DNA from: Thermodesulfobacteriota bacterium
GTDB taxonomy: Bacteria > Desulfobacterota_D > UBA1144 > Nemesobacterales > JAJCZQ01
NCBI GenBank assembly: GCA_965215275.1
Contig: OZ244044.1
Coordinates: 1,824,001-1,888,000 of the forward strand
Direction: 5' to 3'
Length of the DNA: 64,000 bases
Shown: in pieces, positions 63,087 to 64,000 of the stretch
Numbering within the stretch: position 1 is the first letter of the stretch
How the letters are laid out: each line of letters begins with the position of its first letter
Position numbers and translations under genes: made by a program
The notes under the pieces: generated by a model
Seen by the model: the letters and a program-made list of their open reading frames with translations, nothing else
The model's database searches: none
Told to the model about the DNA's origin: nothing

Positions 63087-63111
63087 TTTTGGGTAATTAA
63101 ATATAGTCCCC
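63087..63111 (-). mobile_element. Possible orphan IS1595-like end of a different subtype
   Basis: Reverse complement GGGGACTATATTTAATTACCC; similarity to the 24.8-kb GT upstream region begins immediately beyond it. Confidence 0.4.
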
Positions 63112-63164
63112 TTATTATTATCACTATTTACGGTTAAGCATAATAATACACCGACTTTGTTAAA

Positions 63165-64000
63165 ATGAAAAACAACCTCAAGGATTATCTCGATTTAAAA
63201 TTAGAGCATAAAAAGCCACCGCTCTCAATAGAAAAGTATAGTGATAGTATAGAAGAGGTTAATTCATATAATTTGCAAGATATCCAAGAGCCCTGGATAA
63301 GTTTTTTGCTGGTTGTTTATAATGAAGATGAGTTATTATTCAGAGCGTTGAGTTCTATAACATGTGCCAAATCAGGGTCGTATGAAATAGTAGTTGTTGA
63401 TAATGGTCTATCCGAACCAGCTAAAGAGAAGTTACGGTCCTATTCCCTAAAGCATATTGTTATGAATAAAAACGTGGGATGTGGAACGGGAAGGAACATA
63501 GGGAGTTTATACTGCAATGCACCCGTTATTTTTTTTGTTGATGCCGATGGTTATCTTGAAGACGTGGACATAGCGTTTGATAAGGTTCAAGTTCTGATGA
63601 ATGACGCTAAATTAGTGGCAATTAGAGGTAAGGTAAAACAGATCCATACCGGTTTGATTAGAATTGAACCGTGTCATTATGATTTAGGAGATGAAGTTAT
63701 TCCTTGCTGTATAAATGCTGAATGTGTCTCAATGTTCAAGAGGAAGGATTTTATTGAGGTGGGAGGTTTTGAGGATGGTATGGTGGGACACGAGGGTACA
63801 TTTTTGTGTTTTAGAATGGTTGAGTTCTATGGATATGACAAGGATTCTTTTCTTTATGATCCGGAATTAGTTTTATTTCATAATTACTATAATAATTTAA
63901 AACATATATTATCAAAGAAACAGAGGAATAGACATTTATCTTATATATTAACTCTGAAGTACCCACTTATAAAAAATTTTTGTCATTATTATGTAAATAA
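63165..64000 (+). CDS. Glycosyltransferase family 2, partial; duplicate of 23793-24749 with a different C-terminus
   Basis: Matches from MKNNLKDY to LTLKYP, then LIKNFCHYYVN (open to the window end) versus SIVSFSYTMNS. Confidence 0.9.
   Translation, partial: MKNNLKDYLDLKLEHKKPPLSIEKYSDSIEEVNSYNLQDIQEPWISFLLVVYNEDELLFRALSSITCAKSGSYEIVVVDNGLSEPAKEKLRSYSLKHIVMNKNVGCGTGRNIGSLYCNAPVIFFVDADGYLEDVDIAFDKVQVLMNDAKLVAIRGKVKQIHTGLIRIEPCHYDLGDEVIPCCINAECVSMFKRKDFIEVGGFEDGMVGHEGTFLCFRMVEFYGYDKDSFLYDPELVLFHNYYNNLKHILSKKQRNRHLSYILTLKYPLIKNFCHYYVN

Overview
Bacterial chromosomal window with a deltaproteobacteria-like gene order (ftsH-folP-cdaA-cdaR-glmM; metK-ahcY-xerD-M50-scpAB; prs-rplY-pth; rpsF-rpsR-rplI). 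Taxonomy is not established from the sequence. Most of it is housekeeping, with tRNA-Leu and tRNA-Cys. It is interrupted by (i) a 1.33-kb mobile element at 10243-11573 and (ii) two AT-rich, mutually inverted, paralogous glycan-modification islands (~19.6-28.6 kb and ~61.6 kb to the window end). The most notable system is the 10243-11573 element. It encodes only a TnpB with an intact RuvC D-E-D triad and one frameshift, yet it is bounded by 25-bp terminal inverted repeats and an exact 8-bp target-site duplication (GTAAATTA). Those are DDE-transposon (IS1595-like) ends, not IS200/IS605 ends. A second, protein-free copy of its 3' RNA scaffold lies at ~62814-62978. That copy has its own sigma70-like promoter, the same terminal repeat, and compensatory base changes in two stems, which suggests a stand-alone omegaRNA. 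The islands also show a poly-C on/off methyltransferase pair, an 821-bp apparently identical inverted glycosyltransferase repeat with divergent C-termini, and several orphan IS1595-like ends. Other oddities: an HUH-dead RAYT-like protein, an apparent ATA start for hflX, and an unannotated leaderless small membrane protein. All comparisons were made by eye; no databases were searched.
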